Assembly: GCF_988242995.1 (NCBI RefSeq)
Contig: NZ_OZ547043.1
Length of the DNA: 64,000 nucleotides
Reading direction: 5' to 3' (one strand)
Shown here: in pieces, positions 11,585 through 23,920 of the stretch
Numbering within the stretch: the first letter of the stretch is position 1
How the letters are laid out: each line of letters opens with the position of its first letter
Notes under the pieces: model-generated
Told to the model about the DNA's origin: nothing
Databases searched by the model: none
What the model saw: only the letters and a program-made list of their open reading frames with translations
Program-made: the position numbers and the translations under genes

Positions 11585-11593
11585 TATGTAAGA

Positions 11594-13828
11594 CTAACTC
11601 CCGTGCAACCGACGCGCGTCGATAACATCCGGCACCTGGTTGAGTTTACCCAGCACGCGGCCCAGCACTTGCAGGTTGTAAATCTCAATGGTCATGTCGA
11701 TGGTCGCCAGTTGCTGTTTGGTGTCGCTACGGCTGGCAACGCCAAGCACGTTCACCTTCTCGTTGGCGAGAATGGTCGTGATATCACGTAACAACCCACT
11801 ACGATCATTAGCCACCACGCGGACCACCAGCGAATATCCGGCGGAGTAGCTCTCGCCCCATACCGCGTCAACAATGCGTTCTGGCGCATGGGAGCGCAGT
11901 TCCGCCAGTTGCTCACAGTCTGCACGATGCACTGAAATACCGCGTCCCTGGGTAATGAAGCCGACAATCTCATCTCCAGGAATCGGCTGGCAGCAGCGCG
12001 CGATGTGGTGCATCAGGTTACCGACACCTTCAACCACCACACGACCGTTATCTTTACTGCGGTTTTGCGGCGTGTAGCTTTTTTGCTGAAGTTGCTTCAG
12101 CGCGGCGGCGTCCTGCTCTTCGGCACTCGGCTTATTAAATTGCGATTGCAGGAAGTTCACCATCTGATTGAGACGGATATCCCCGCCACCAATCGCCGCC
12201 AGCAACTCGTCGACATCATTGAAGTTGTAACGCGGCAGCAGATGTTTTTCTGCTTCTTTCAGGCTGATCCCCAGATGTTCCAGCTCGTCGTCAAGGATTT
12301 GCCGCCCAGCCAGAATGTTTTTGTCACGGTCCTGTTTACGGAACCAGGCGTGAATTTTCGAACGCCCACGGCTGGTTGTGACGTAACCGAGGTTTGGGTT
12401 TAACCAGTCACGGCTGGGGTTCGGCTGTTTCTGGGTGATAATTTCAATCTGGTCGCCCATCTGCAGCTGGTAGGTGAACGGCACAATGCGCCCGCCAATT
12501 TTTGCCCCGATGCAGCGGTGTCCGACATCACTGTGGATGTGGTAAGCGAAGTCCAGCGGTGTTGATCCCGCAGGCAAATCAACGACATCACCTTTCGGCG
12601 TAAAGACGTACACCCGGTCGTCAAAGACCTGGCTACGTACTTCGTCGAGCATTTCGCCGGAATCAGCCATCTCTTCCTGCCACGCAATCAGTTTACGCAG
12701 CCAGGCAATCCGGTCTTCATGTCCCGAACGTGCGCCGCCAGCTGCCGCGCCCTCTTTATATTTCCAGTGCGCAGCAACACCCAACTCTGCATCTTCATGC
12801 ATCTGTTTAGTGCGGATTTGGATCTCAACGGTTTTGCCACCTGGTCCCAGAACCACGGTATGAATAGACTGATAACCGTTTGGTTTCGGGTTAGCGACGT
12901 AATCGTCAAACTCATCCGGCAGGTGGCGATAGTGAGTGTGCACTATCCCCAGTGCGGCATAACAATCCTGTAAACGCTCGGCGACAATACGTACCGCACG
13001 CACATCAAACAGCTCATCGAAGGCGAGGTTCTTTTTCTGCATTTTGCGCCAGATGCTGTAGATGTGTTTCGGACGACCATACACTTCAGCTTTAACGCCT
13101 TCAGCTTTCATCTCAGCGCGCAGATGGCCGACAAACTCTTCGATATAGTGTTCGCGGTCGAGACGGCGTTCATGCAGCAGTTTTGCGATGCGTTTGTATT
13201 CGGTCGGGTGGAGATAACGGAAGCAGTAATCTTCCAGCTCCCATTTCAGTTGTCCAATCCCAAGACGGTTCGCCAACGGCGCGTAGATATTGGTGCACTC
13301 TTTTGCCGCCAGTACGCGTTCATCTTCCGGCGCGTCTTTTACTTCGCGCAGATGAGCAATACGCTCTGCCAGTTTGATGACCACGCAGCGAAAATCATCG
13401 ACCATCGCCAATAACATCCGGCGAACGTTATCGACCTGTTCGGAGGAAACAGAATCGGTATGCGTCGCTTTCAGCTGGCGGATCGCCGCCATATCACGCA
13501 CGCCGTGAATAAGGTTAACGACCGACTTACCGACGCTCTCACGCAGCACATCTTCGCTGACTACGTTGGCATCCGCCAGAGGGAACAGCAGCGCCGCCCG
13601 CAGCGTGTCAATGTCCATACTTAATGTCGAGAGGATCTCCACCATCTCAACACCACGCCACAATAACAGACTGGCATCCGGATGCCCCTGCGTCTGTTGC
13701 AGACAATACGCCCAGGTTTCGGCTAAGCACTCACACGACTTCTGGCTGGTAATACCCAGACTTGCGATCCATTTTTCCGGATCAAATTCACCAGCCTTAT
13801 TGATATGTGCACTTCTTACCGCAACCAT
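11594..13828 (-). CDS. relA: GTP pyrophosphokinase, (p)ppGpp synthetase I
   Basis: 744-aa ORF with RelA/SpoT synthetase domain, TGS and ACT regions. Confidence 0.95.
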   Translation of the reverse strand: MVAVRSAHINKAGEFDPEKWIASLGITSQKSCECLAETWAYCLQQTQGHPDASLLLWRGVEMVEILSTLSMDIDTLRAALLFPLADANVVSEDVLRESVGKSVVNLIHGVRDMAAIRQLKATHTDSVSSEQVDNVRRMLLAMVDDFRCVVIKLAERIAHLREVKDAPEDERVLAAKECTNIYAPLANRLGIGQLKWELEDYCFRYLHPTEYKRIAKLLHERRLDREHYIEEFVGHLRAEMKAEGVKAEVYGRPKHIYSIWRKMQKKNLAFDELFDVRAVRIVAERLQDCYAALGIVHTHYRHLPDEFDDYVANPKPNGYQSIHTVVLGPGGKTVEIQIRTKQMHEDAELGVAAHWKYKEGAAAGGARSGHEDRIAWLRKLIAWQEEMADSGEMLDEVRSQVFDDRVYVFTPKGDVVDLPAGSTPLDFAYHIHSDVGHRCIGAKIGGRIVPFTYQLQMGDQIEIITQKQPNPSRDWLNPNLGYVTTSRGRSKIHAWFRKQDRDKNILAGRQILDDELEHLGISLKEAEKHLLPRYNFNDVDELLAAIGGGDIRLNQMVNFLQSQFNKPSAEEQDAAALKQLQQKSYTPQNRSKDNGRVVVEGVGNLMHHIARCCQPIPGDEIVGFITQGRGISVHRADCEQLAELRSHAPERIVDAVWGESYSAGYSLVVRVVANDRSGLLRDITTILANEKVNVLGVASRSDTKQQLATIDMTIEIYNLQVLGRVLGKLNQVPDVIDARRLHGS

Positions 13829-13875
13829 CGTCCTCTCCTTTAGGGACCAGACCTGCCGAAATCGGCAAATCGTAA

Positions 13876-15177
13876 CTATTTAACGCGCGAGAAAAGTACC
13901 ATCGATTCCAGATGTCCCGTGTGTGGGAACATATCCAGCATCGCCAGTCGCGCAATGGTATATCCTGCTTTTAATAACGCTTCGCTATCCCGAGCCAGCG
14001 TTGCAGGGTTACAGGATACATAAACTATACGAATAGGTTCCAGTTTTATAATTTGCTGCATAACACCTGCGGCACCTGCTCGCGCGGGGTCCAGCAACAC
14101 TTTATCGAAGCCGTTTTTCGCCCACGGCTGCTTTGTGACATCTTCTTCAAGATTTTCGTGATAAAACGTCACATTGTGTAAGTCATTAAGACGCGCATTC
14201 TGCTGGCCTTTTTCCACCAGCGCCGGAACACCTTCTACACCCACCACACTGGCAGCTTGTGTCGCCAATGGCAGTGTAAAGTTGCCCATACCGCAGAACA
14301 GATCCAGTACGCGATCTTCAGGTTGCACATCCAGCCATTCCAACGCACACGCTACCATTTTTTGGTTCACACCCGCATTGACCTGAATAAAATCGCGCGG
14401 GCTAAAAGTTAAGCGCAACCCGTTTGAGTCATACCAGGGCATCTCACCAGCGACGGTTTCGAGTATCTCACTATCGGGGGCGAGATACAGATCCAGGCCT
14501 TCAGAATGCGAAAAGCGTTCCAGTTTTTCGCGATCAGCCGAACTTAGCGGTGCGGTATGGCGCAAAATCATCAGCGTGCCGCTGGTTGCCTGTACCAGTT
14601 CAACATGACCAAGATGGCGCATAGCTTGTAAGCTGCCCAGGCATGCCCTGACTTTGGGCAGCAATGCTTCAAGTTGGGGCACTAAAATGGGGCATTGTTT
14701 AACGTCGACAATGTCACTGGAGCCCGCTTTGCGAAAGCCCATCTGAAGTTGCTGTGTTTTCGGTAAGTAGTTCAAACTTAAACGCGCGCGACGGCGATAG
14801 CCCCAGGGAACATCGGCGATCACTTCAGAGACCTCGTGTTTCATTAATCGGGCGAGTGCCGCACTTTTGCTTCGCTGCTGTAAATCCTCGCTGGCGTGTT
14901 GTTGCTGACAGCCGCCGCATACGCCAAAATGAGGGCAGCGTGGCGTTTCGCGTTCCGGGCTATCGCTTAACCGGCGCACGACTTTAGCGCGGGCGTATTG
15001 TTTTTTATCTTCAGTAACAGTAACTTCCGCGTTTTCCTGTGGCAATAATCCAGGAATAAATAACGCTTTGCCGTTATGTCGTGCCACGCCCTGACCAAAA
15101 GAGTCGAGGTCGTTGACTGAAACAGTTATGATCTGACGCGTCGTCGTGCGTCGTTTTGCAGAGTAGAATTGCGCCAT
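13876..15177 (-). CDS. rlmD: 23S rRNA (uracil1939-C5)-methyltransferase
   Basis: 433-aa ORF with TRAM domain, Fe-S cysteine cluster ([14 protein letters not shown]) and SAM-binding motif. Confidence 0.9.
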   Translation of the reverse strand: MAQFYSAKRRTTTRQIITVSVNDLDSFGQGVARHNGKALFIPGLLPQENAEVTVTEDKKQYARAKVVRRLSDSPERETPRCPHFGVCGGCQQQHASEDLQQRSKSAALARLMKHEVSEVIADVPWGYRRRARLSLNYLPKTQQLQMGFRKAGSSDIVDVKQCPILVPQLEALLPKVRACLGSLQAMRHLGHVELVQATSGTLMILRHTAPLSSADREKLERFSHSEGLDLYLAPDSEILETVAGEMPWYDSNGLRLTFSPRDFIQVNAGVNQKMVACALEWLDVQPEDRVLDLFCGMGNFTLPLATQAASVVGVEGVPALVEKGQQNARLNDLHNVTFYHENLEEDVTKQPWAKNGFDKVLLDPARAGAAGVMQQIIKLEPIRIVYVSCNPATLARDSEALLKAGYTIARLAMLDMFPHTGHLESMVLFSRVK

Positions 15178-15233
15178 TGGCGAGACTTTCTCAATTTAAC
15201 AGTGTGACCTTAATTGTCCCATAACGGAACTCC

Positions 15234-17990
15234 ATGACCAACTACAGCCTGCGCGCACGCATGATGATTCTGATCCTGGCACCGACCGTCCTTATTGGTT
15301 TATTGCTGAGTATCTTTTTCGTTGTGCATCGCTATAACGATTTGCAGCGTCAACTGGAAGATGCCGGAGCCAGCATTATTGAGCCGCTTGCAGTTTCTAC
15401 TGAATATGGCATGAGCCTGCAAAATCGCGAATCTATCGGTCAGTTAATAAGCGTACTGCATCGTCGCCATTCCGATATTGTTCGCGCGATTTCGGTTTAT
15501 GATGAAAATAACCGACTCTTTGTCACCTCCAATTTTCATCTTGATCCCTCATCAATGCAGCTCGGCAGCAACGTGCCGTTTCCTCGCCAGCTCACTGTCA
15601 CTCGTGACGGCGATATTATGATCCTCCGCACACCGATTATTTCTGAGAGTTACTCCCCCGACGAATCGCCCAGTAGCGATGCCAAAAATAGTCAAAATAT
15701 GTTGGGATATATTGCGCTTGAGCTGGATCTTAAATCGGTTCGCTTGCAGCAATATAAAGAGATCTTTATTTCCAGCGTGATGATGCTGTTTTGTATCGGT
15801 ATTGCGCTTATTTTTGGCTGGCGCTTAATGCGCGATGTAACCGGTCCGATTCGCAATATGGTGAATACCGTCGACCGCATCCGTCGCGGGCAACTCGACA
15901 GCCGGGTGGAAGGATTTATGCTCGGCGAGCTGGATATGCTGAAAAACGGTATCAACTCGATGGCAATGTCGCTGGCTGCTTATCACGAAGAGATGCAGCA
16001 CAATATCGACCAGGCGACGTCCGATCTGCGTGAAACGCTGGAGCAGATGGAAATTCAGAACGTTGAGTTGGATCTGGCGAAAAAGCGTGCCCAGGAAGCG
16101 GCGCGTATTAAATCCGAGTTTCTGGCAAATATGTCACACGAGCTGCGTACACCACTGAATGGTGTTATTGGCTTTACTCGCCTGACGCTGAAAACAGAAT
16201 TAACACCAACGCAGCGCGATCACCTGAATACGATTGAACGTTCGGCAAATAATTTGCTGGCAATTATTAATGATGTTCTCGACTTCTCGAAACTGGAAGC
16301 AGGTAAGCTGATTCTGGAAAGTATTCCATTCCCACTACGCAGCACGCTGGATGAAGTCGTTACCCTGCTGGCACATTCTTCTCACGATAAAGGGCTGGAA
16401 CTGACGCTCAATATTAAGAGCGACGTGCCCGATAACGTAATTGGCGACCCACTGCGATTACAGCAAATCATCACTAACCTGGTAGGGAATGCAATTAAAT
16501 TCACCGAGAATGGCAACATTGATATTCTGGTAGAAAAACGTGCGCTGAGTAATACCAAAGTGCAGATTGAAGTGCAGATTCGGGATACCGGCATTGGTAT
16601 TCCTGAACGCGATCAATCGCGCTTATTCCAGGCCTTCCGACAGGCTGATGCCAGTATTTCCCGCCGTCATGGTGGCACCGGGCTGGGGCTGGTGATTACA
16701 CAAAAACTGGTTAATGAAATGGGCGGCGATATTTCGTTCCATAGCCAGCCGAATCGCGGTTCAACTTTCTGGTTCCACATTAATCTCGATCTGAACCCGA
16801 ACATTATTATCGAAGGGCCATCCACCCAGTGCCTAGCCGGCAAGCGCCTGGCCTATGTCGAACCAAACTCCGCAGCAGCGCAATGCACGCTGGATATTTT
16901 AAGTGAAACGCCGCTGGAAGTGGTTTATAGCCCAACGTTCTCCGCGCTGCCTCCCGCGCATTACGACATGATGTTGTTAGGCATCGCGGTGACCTTCCGC
17001 GAGCCGCTAACAATGCAACATGAGCGATTAGCGAAAGCGGTATCGATGACCGATTTTCTGATGCTGGCACTTCCTTGCCATGCACAAGTCAATGCTGAAA
17101 AACTTAAGCAAGATGGTATCGGCGCGTGTCTGCTGAAACCATTAACACCTACGCGCCTGTTACCTGCCCTGACGGAATTTTGTCATCACAAACAAAACAC
17201 GCTTTTGCCTGTAACCGATGAAAGTAAGCTGGCAATGACAGTCATGGCGGTTGATGACAACCCCGCTAACCTGAAACTTATCGGCGCATTGCTGGAAGAT
17301 ATGGTGCAACATGTGGAACTTTGCGATAGCGGGCATCAGGCGGTTGAACGGGCGAAACAAATGCCGTTCGATTTGATCTTAATGGATATTCAAATGCCGG
17401 ACATGGACGGCATTCGGGCCTGCGAGCTCATCCACCAGCTCCCCCATCAGCAACAAACGCCAGTTATCGCGGTAACGGCGCATGCAATGGCCGGGCAAAA
17501 AGAGAAGCTGCTTGGCGCAGGGATGAGCGATTATCTGGCGAAACCGATTGAAGAAGAGCGATTGCATAATTTGTTGTTGCGCTACAAGCCTGGCAGCGGT
17601 ATTTCCTCTCGCGTCGTGACGCCCGAAGTCAACGAAATTGTGGTGAACCCGAATGCGACCCTCGACTGGCAACTGGCACTACGCCAGGCAGCAGGAAAAA
17701 CCGATTTAGCGCGCGATATGCTGCAAATGTTACTCGATTTCCTGCCTGAAGTTCGCAACAAAGTTGAGGAACAGCTGGTTGGAGAAAACCCGGAAGGCCT
17801 GGTTGATTTGATTCATAAACTGCATGGCAGTTGCGGCTATAGCGGTGTGCCGCGTATGAAGAATCTCTGCCAACTGATCGAACAACAGCTACGTAGCGGT
17901 ACTAAAGAAGAAGATTTGGAGCCGGAGCTGCTGGAACTGTTAGACGAGATGGATAATGTAGCGCGCGAAGCCAGCAAAATTCTCGGGTAA
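15234..17990 (+). CDS. barA: Hybrid sensor histidine kinase of the BarA/UvrY two-component system
   Basis: 918-aa ORF with HAMP, HisKA (H-box SHELRTPLN), HATPase, receiver and HPt domains. Confidence 0.95.
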
Positions 17991-18121
17991 CGGACGTCTT
18001 GTCGAGTCAAAATAGGTTCCGTCCAATGCCAATGCTGGGAGCAGCACAGACAGTCCCCTCGCCCCTCCGGGGAGAGGGCGAGGGGGAAAACCGGCCCCGT
18101 AAACCACTTCGTCAGTAATCT

Positions 18122-18160
18122 CAAACCGACTTCTTATGAAGCCGGTTTTGGTTTTCTGTC
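18122..18160 (+). terminator. Probable barA intrinsic terminator
   Basis: Imperfect hairpin (aaaccgacttc-ttat-gaagccggttt) followed by ttttggttttc. Confidence 0.4.
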
Positions 18161-19501
18161 TTAACGCACCATGCACGGGCGCTTGTTATCAAACGTCCAG
18201 CCAGGAATCAGATACTGCATTCCCATCGCATCGTCTCGCGCACCAAGCCCATGTTTCTGATACAGCTCGTGGGCTTTCATCACCTGATCCATATCGATTT
18301 CTACGCCCAATCCTGGTTTTTGCGGCACCTGTACCAGCCCGCCTTTGATCTCAAACGGTTCTTTGGTCAGACGCTGATTGCCTTCCTGCCAGATCCAGTG
18401 CGTATCAATAGCAGTAATTTTACCCGGTGCAGCAGCGGCTACATGAGTAAACATCGCCAGGGAAATATCGAAGTGGTTGTTAGAGTGTGAACCCCAGGTC
18501 AGGCCAAATTCATGGCACATTTGCGCCACACGTACCGAACCTTGCATCGTCCAGAAATGCGGATCCGCCAGCGGGATATCAACGGATTGTAACGAGAGCG
18601 TATGGCCCATCTGCCGCCAGTCGGTGGCGATCATATTGGTTGCGGTCGGCAGGCCAGTCGCGCGACGGAACTCTGCCATCACTTCACGCCCGGAGAAACC
18701 TTGCTCCGCACCACACGGATCTTCTGCATAAGCCAGCGAACCTTTCAGGTATTTACCAATTTTAATCGCTTCGTTCAGCGACCAGGCACCGTTAGGATCG
18801 AGGGTAATACGCGCCTGTGGGAAGCGTTGCGCCAGTGCCACAATAGATTCTGCTTCTTCTTCCCCGGCCAGTACACCGCCCTTCAGTTTGAAATCGTTGA
18901 AGCCATATTTTTCATATGCCGCTTCCGCCAGGCGCACCACCGCATCCGGCGTCATCGCTTCTTCGTGACGCAGGCGATACCAGTCACATTTATCATCCGG
19001 CTGGCTTTGATACGGCAGCGGTGTGGCTTTGCGATTACCGACGAAGAACAGATAACCGAGCATTTCGACTTCGCTACGCTGTTGACCATCGCCCAGCAGC
19101 GATGCCACGTTAACCCCCAGATGCTGCCCCAGCAGATCCAGCATTGCCGCTTCTATCCCGGTAACCACATGAATAGTGGTCCGCAGGTCAAATGTCTGCA
19201 AACCGCGCCCGCCGGCATCACGATCGGCAAATGTATTACGCACCAGCGTCAGAACGTTTTTGTATTCACCCAGCGTTTTACCCACCACCAGCGGAATCGC
19301 ATCTTCCAGCGTTTTACGGATTTTCTCGCCGCCGGGAATTTCCCCTACCCCGGTGTGACCAGAATTATCTTTGATAATCACAATATTACGCGTGAAGAAC
19401 GGTGCGTGTGCACCACTCAGATTCATCAGCATACTGTCATGGCCCGCCACCGGGATGACCTGCATTTCAGTAACAACAGGCGTCGAAAATTGAGAACTCA
19501 T
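18161..19501 (-). CDS. gudD: Glucarate dehydratase
   Basis: ORF track 18161..19525; start moved to [20 protein letters not shown]; enolase-superfamily fold, paralogous to the upstream gene. Confidence 0.9.
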   Translation of the reverse strand: MSSQFSTPVVTEMQVIPVAGHDSMLMNLSGAHAPFFTRNIVIIKDNSGHTGVGEIPGGEKIRKTLEDAIPLVVGKTLGEYKNVLTLVRNTFADRDAGGRGLQTFDLRTTIHVVTGIEAAMLDLLGQHLGVNVASLLGDGQQRSEVEMLGYLFFVGNRKATPLPYQSQPDDKCDWYRLRHEEAMTPDAVVRLAEAAYEKYGFNDFKLKGGVLAGEEEAESIVALAQRFPQARITLDPNGAWSLNEAIKIGKYLKGSLAYAEDPCGAEQGFSGREVMAEFRRATGLPTATNMIATDWRQMGHTLSLQSVDIPLADPHFWTMQGSVRVAQMCHEFGLTWGSHSNNHFDISLAMFTHVAAAAPGKITAIDTHWIWQEGNQRLTKEPFEIKGGLVQVPQKPGLGVEIDMDQVMKAHELYQKHGLGARDDAMGMQYLIPGWTFDNKRPCMVR

Positions 19502-19521
19502 CTTTATGTCCTTTTTCAAAA

Positions 19522-20862
19522 TCAATGACGGCCGAAAACGGGACGTTTACAGTCAAAGGTCCAGCCGGGGATCAGGTACTGCATCGGGCCCGCGTCGTTA
19601 CGCGCACCCCCAGGCAGACGTTTATAGGCCTCATGCGCCTTTTGTACCTGCTCCCAGTCCAGTCCCACGCCCAGACCGGGCGCATCAGGAACGGCAATTT
19701 TTCCGTTTTTAATCTCCAGCGGATTTTTGGTCAGGCGACAATCGCCCTCCTGCCAAATCCAGTGGGTATCGATAGCGGTAGGATTACCCGGTGCCGCCGC
19801 ACCCACATGGGTAAACATCGCCAGAGAGATATCAAAGTGGTTATTGGAATGGCAGCCCCAGGTCAGCCCCCAGTCGTCGCAAAGTTGCGCCACGCGGACT
19901 GCACCGGAAAGCGTCCAGAAGTGCGGATCGGCAAGTGGAATATCTACCGCATTGAGCATCACCGCATGGCCCATTTCGCGCCAGTTGGTGGCGATCATGT
20001 TAGTCGCGACGGGCAAGCCGGTCGCCCGTCGAAACTCCGCCATCACTTCACGTCCGGAGAACCCCTGTTCTGCTCCGCATGGATCTTCAGCATAGGTAAG
20101 AACATCATTCAGCCCTTTGCACAGAGAAATGGCTTCATCAAGCAGCCATGCACCGTTGGGATCAACGGTAATCCGCGCATCCGGGAAGCGTTTCTTCAAT
20201 GCACGAACAGTGTCGATTTCTTGCTCGCCAGGTAACACGCCGCCCTTAAGTTTGAAATCTTTAAAGCCGTAGCGATCCTGTGAGGCTTCCGCCAGACGCA
20301 CAACGGCTTCGCTGTTCATCGCTTTCTGATGGCGCAACTGATACCACTCATGGTTGCCCGGCGTATTTTCCAGATAAGGAAGATCGGTTTTGGTCCGATC
20401 ACCGATATAAAACAGATAACCGAGGACGGTAATAGCCTCGCGTTGCTTGCCTGGCCCCAACAGTTCGCAGACCGGAACATTCAGCGCCTTACCTAGCAGG
20501 TCAAGCAAGGCGGCTTCCAGCGCCGCCACGGCATTAACGCGCAATTCAAAAGTCCAGGCACCTTTGCCGAAGGTATCAAAATCGGCTGCCTGATTACCTT
20601 TATGCACCTGCTGAACCACTTTATTCAGGCGCGCAACTTCCTGGCCCAACACCATCGGAATAGCATCGACCAGTGTCTGATAAATCACCTCTCCGCCTGG
20701 CGCTTCACCAATGCCGGTATGCCCGGCGTTATCGGTGAGTACCACAATATTGCGAGTGAAATATGCGTTATGCGCCCCACCAATATTAAGCAACATGCTA
20801 TCGTGCCCGGCGACCGGAATGACTTTCATATCAGTAATAACAGGACTGGATTGTGTCGTCAT
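19522..20862 (-). CDS. gudX: Glucarate dehydratase-related protein
   Basis: 446-aa ORF, paralogous to gudD with long identical peptide blocks ([25 protein letters not shown]). Confidence 0.9.
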   Translation of the reverse strand: MTTQSSPVITDMKVIPVAGHDSMLLNIGGAHNAYFTRNIVVLTDNAGHTGIGEAPGGEVIYQTLVDAIPMVLGQEVARLNKVVQQVHKGNQAADFDTFGKGAWTFELRVNAVAALEAALLDLLGKALNVPVCELLGPGKQREAITVLGYLFYIGDRTKTDLPYLENTPGNHEWYQLRHQKAMNSEAVVRLAEASQDRYGFKDFKLKGGVLPGEQEIDTVRALKKRFPDARITVDPNGAWLLDEAISLCKGLNDVLTYAEDPCGAEQGFSGREVMAEFRRATGLPVATNMIATNWREMGHAVMLNAVDIPLADPHFWTLSGAVRVAQLCDDWGLTWGCHSNNHFDISLAMFTHVGAAAPGNPTAIDTHWIWQEGDCRLTKNPLEIKNGKIAVPDAPGLGVGLDWEQVQKAHEAYKRLPGGARNDAGPMQYLIPGWTFDCKRPVFGRH

Positions 20863-20863
20863 C

Positions 20864-22216
20864 TTATTGCCCCGCGACAGGTTTCAGCTCGATACGCTTG
20901 ATATCGCCCACCAGCACCAGGTAGCTCAGTACCGCGATTAAGGCATGAACACCAACATAAATCAGCGCCCCATTAAAGGAGCCAGTCGTGCCAACGATAT
21001 AACCAATTGCGATTGGCGTGACGATGCCAGAAATGTTACCGAACATGTTGAACAGGCCACCGGAAAGACCGCTGATCTCTTTTGGCGCGGTATCAGCCAT
21101 TACTGCCCAACCCAGCGCCCCGATGCCCTTACCGAAGAAGGCCAGCGCCATAAAGCCGATGATCATCCACTCAACGTTGACGTAGTTGCAGAACACCATC
21201 ACCATCGACAGCAACATGCCCATTACGATCGGTGTTTTACGCGCAATGTTCAGCGATCCCGTGCGGCGCATCAGCCAGTCGGAAATAATCCCACCCAGCA
21301 CACCGCCGATAAAACCGCAAACCGCCGGAACGGAAGCCACAAAGCCCGCTTTCAGAATCGACATCCCACGCGCCTGCACCAGATAAACCGGAAACCAGGT
21401 AATGAAAAAGTAAGTCAGGGCGTTGATACAGTACTGACCGATATAAACGCCGATCATCATCCGTGACCCGAGCAGCTGTTTGATCTGCCCCCACTTCACG
21501 CTGAACGGCACTTTAACTTTGGTATTTTGCTGATCCATATTGATCAGCGCGCCACCCGCGGCGATGTACTCCAGCTCTTTCTGATTTACACCCGGATGTT
21601 GATTTGGCTCGTGGATGACTTTCAACCAGATAAAGCTGATGACAATGCCCAGACCGCCCATAAAGAAGAAGACGTGTGACCAGCCCACTTCATGCGTCAG
21701 CCAGCCCATAATCGGCGCGAAGATCACCGTTGCGAAGTATTGAGCGGAGTTAAAAATCGACACCGCCGTTCCCCTTTCCTGCGCCGGAAACCAGGCCGCA
21801 ACAATGCGACTGTTGCCGGGGAAAGATGGCGCTTCAGCAAGCCCGACCAGGAAGCGCAGCGTAAACAGGGCAACGATAATGCCGAATCCACTAAAAATAT
21901 CGACGAAGCCTTGCAGCAAGGTAAACATCGACCAGATAAAGATCGACCAGAAGTAGACGCGTTTTGAACCAAAACGATCCAGCAACCAGCCACCAGGGAT
22001 CTGCCCGATAACATAAGCCCATGAGAAAGCAGAGAACACATAGCCCATTCCCACAGGATCAAGGCCGATATCTTTGGCCATTTCCGAACCGGCGATAGAG
22101 AGCGTAGCGCGGTCGCCGTAGTTGAAGGATGTGACGATAAACAACATCACCACTATCCAGTAACGAGCATTCGTGCGTTTTTCCACACTGCTCGCAGCCT
22201 GACTTAAAGAACTCAT
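20864..22216 (-). CDS. gudP: Glucarate/galactarate MFS transporter
   Basis: 450-aa hydrophobic MFS ORF immediately upstream of gudX in the same orientation. Confidence 0.9.
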   Translation of the reverse strand: MSSLSQAASSVEKRTNARYWIVVMLFIVTSFNYGDRATLSIAGSEMAKDIGLDPVGMGYVFSAFSWAYVIGQIPGGWLLDRFGSKRVYFWSIFIWSMFTLLQGFVDIFSGFGIIVALFTLRFLVGLAEAPSFPGNSRIVAAWFPAQERGTAVSIFNSAQYFATVIFAPIMGWLTHEVGWSHVFFFMGGLGIVISFIWLKVIHEPNQHPGVNQKELEYIAAGGALINMDQQNTKVKVPFSVKWGQIKQLLGSRMMIGVYIGQYCINALTYFFITWFPVYLVQARGMSILKAGFVASVPAVCGFIGGVLGGIISDWLMRRTGSLNIARKTPIVMGMLLSMVMVFCNYVNVEWMIIGFMALAFFGKGIGALGWAVMADTAPKEISGLSGGLFNMFGNISGIVTPIAIGYIVGTTGSFNGALIYVGVHALIAVLSYLVLVGDIKRIELKPVAGQ

Positions 22217-22670
22217 TGTTGCACTCCTGAAAATTCGCGTTAGCCACGCTCACTCTGGACTGCGACATCGCCAGGAAATCAGAGGTGACGTAGGGTGTTT
22301 TTTGCCGTTTTTATAGGTCGTTCGCCGAATACGGCGCGTGTTTATATCTGGCAATAGCAGTATAAAAAGCGCGCCATAGCGGCTCACCGTGCAACAACAC
22401 AACATTAATGCGTTCAATGAGGCCCAATTTTGGCATTAGCCCTGGACGGTGGAATCCACTTCACGGAAATGAAAACAAGAACAAGAAAGGAAGGGTTAAA
22501 ACGAAGAAATAAAGAAGAGTATGAAATGGATCGCTTGACTCCAGGCAAACGCCAGTAAAAATCCGCGCTATGAAGCAGTTTTTACTGGCATTTGCCTGAA
22601 AAGATTCGATTCAGCACCGCTAAAACGGCATTTACACCGCTAAAACGGCATTTACCGCTCGCTGAACGTA

Positions 22671-23120
22671 TCAGGACAACAGCGTGCCCCAATGTTCGAC
22701 CCACGGATTTGATTCCGTTTCCGGTTCCGGGTTCTCACTGGCGTCAATCAACAGCATTTCGCCAACCCGCTGAGCGCTCTGTTCCTGCAACAAGGCATCG
22801 AACTGTTTGCCACCATTGCAGAAATTCACATAACTACTGTCGCCGAGCGCAATCACGCCATAACGCAGATTCGGCTGGAAGCCCAGGGTATCTTTAATTC
22901 CCTGAAAGAGCGGCACAATGCTATCAGGAAGGTCGCCCTGCCCGGTCGTGGACGTAACCACCAGAACATACTTATCCTGATAGGGCAGCCAGTCGCTTAA
23001 TTCAGGATCTTCAAATACCGTTGCTTTGTGGCCCTGCGCGGTCAGAATTGCTTCCGCTTCTTCCGCCACTAACAGCGAATTTCCGTACATAGTGCCGACA
23101 AAAATACCAATTTCCGCCAT
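22671..23120 (-). CDS. yqcA: Flavodoxin-like protein
   Basis: 149-aa ORF with flavodoxin signature ([22 protein letters not shown]). Confidence 0.85.
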   Translation of the reverse strand: MAEIGIFVGTMYGNSLLVAEEAEAILTAQGHKATVFEDPELSDWLPYQDKYVLVVTSTTGQGDLPDSIVPLFQGIKDTLGFQPNLRYGVIALGDSSYVNFCNGGKQFDALLQEQSAQRVGEMLLIDASENPEPETESNPWVEHWGTLLS

Positions 23121-23137
23121 ACCATTTTCTCCCTGGA

Positions 23138-23920
23138 TTAGGAACTTATCTCTCCATCCTGACCCGATGGCGCACTGAACTCAACCCTTTCATTTTCAGG
23201 AAGCAGACCCCGCCAGCCAAATTGTGATAACGCCTGCATCCAGGTGTCGTCCAGGCCCGCGTGAATAGTCAGCGGCTCGCCAGTAAAAGGATGCGTCAAT
23301 GACAACTGACTGGCATGCAGCATTAACCGCTGAAGGCCAAAATGTTCAGCACCGCTGCGATTCTGGCGTAAATCACCATGTTTGCTGTCGCCAATAATCG
23401 GGTGGCGCAAATGGGCAAGATGGCGACGGAGCTGGTGCTTGCGTCCGGTTTTCGGCTCCAGTTCCACCAGGCCGTAGCGCGTGGTCGGGTAACGTCCGGT
23501 CGCTACCGGCATTTCTACGGTCGCCAGACCGCGATAATGCGTCACTGCTGGCTGTGGGCCTTTATCTTCGCGGGCAAATTTATCAGCGATTTTGTCCAGT
23601 TCTTCCACCAGTGGATAATCCAGAACTGCTTCTTCCATCAACCAGCCGCGCACAATCGCATGGTAACGTTTCTGGATTTGGTGCTGTTCAAACTGTTGTG
23701 CCAGCAGCCGTCCGGCCTCGCTGGATAATCCCATCAACAACACACCAGAAGTTGGTCGGTCCAGACGATGAGCAGTAAACACATGCTGGCCTATCTGGTC
23801 ACGCACGGTTTGCATGACCACTACTTTCTCGTCGCGATCCAGCCAGCTACGGTGAACCAGCCAGCCGGAGGGTTTATTTACCGCAACCAGCCATTCATCC
23901 TGATAGAGTATTTCCAGCAT
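23138..23920 (-). CDS. truC: tRNA pseudouridine(65) synthase
   Basis: 260-aa ORF with RluA-family catalytic motif ([12 protein letters not shown]). Confidence 0.9.
   Translation of the reverse strand: MLEILYQDEWLVAVNKPSGWLVHRSWLDRDEKVVVMQTVRDQIGQHVFTAHRLDRPTSGVLLMGLSSEAGRLLAQQFEQHQIQKRYHAIVRGWLMEEAVLDYPLVEELDKIADKFAREDKGPQPAVTHYRGLATVEMPVATGRYPTTRYGLVELEPKTGRKHQLRRHLAHLRHPIIGDSKHGDLRQNRSGAEHFGLQRLMLHASQLSLTHPFTGEPLTIHAGLDDTWMQALSQFGWRGLLPENERVEFSAPSGQDGEISS

Noticed and set aside
22269-22670. Possibility that the structured gudP-yqcA spacer hides a protein-coding gene
   Set aside because: No open frame with a start codon and RBS of meaningful length; the repeats and polypurine tract point to regulatory or RNA function.
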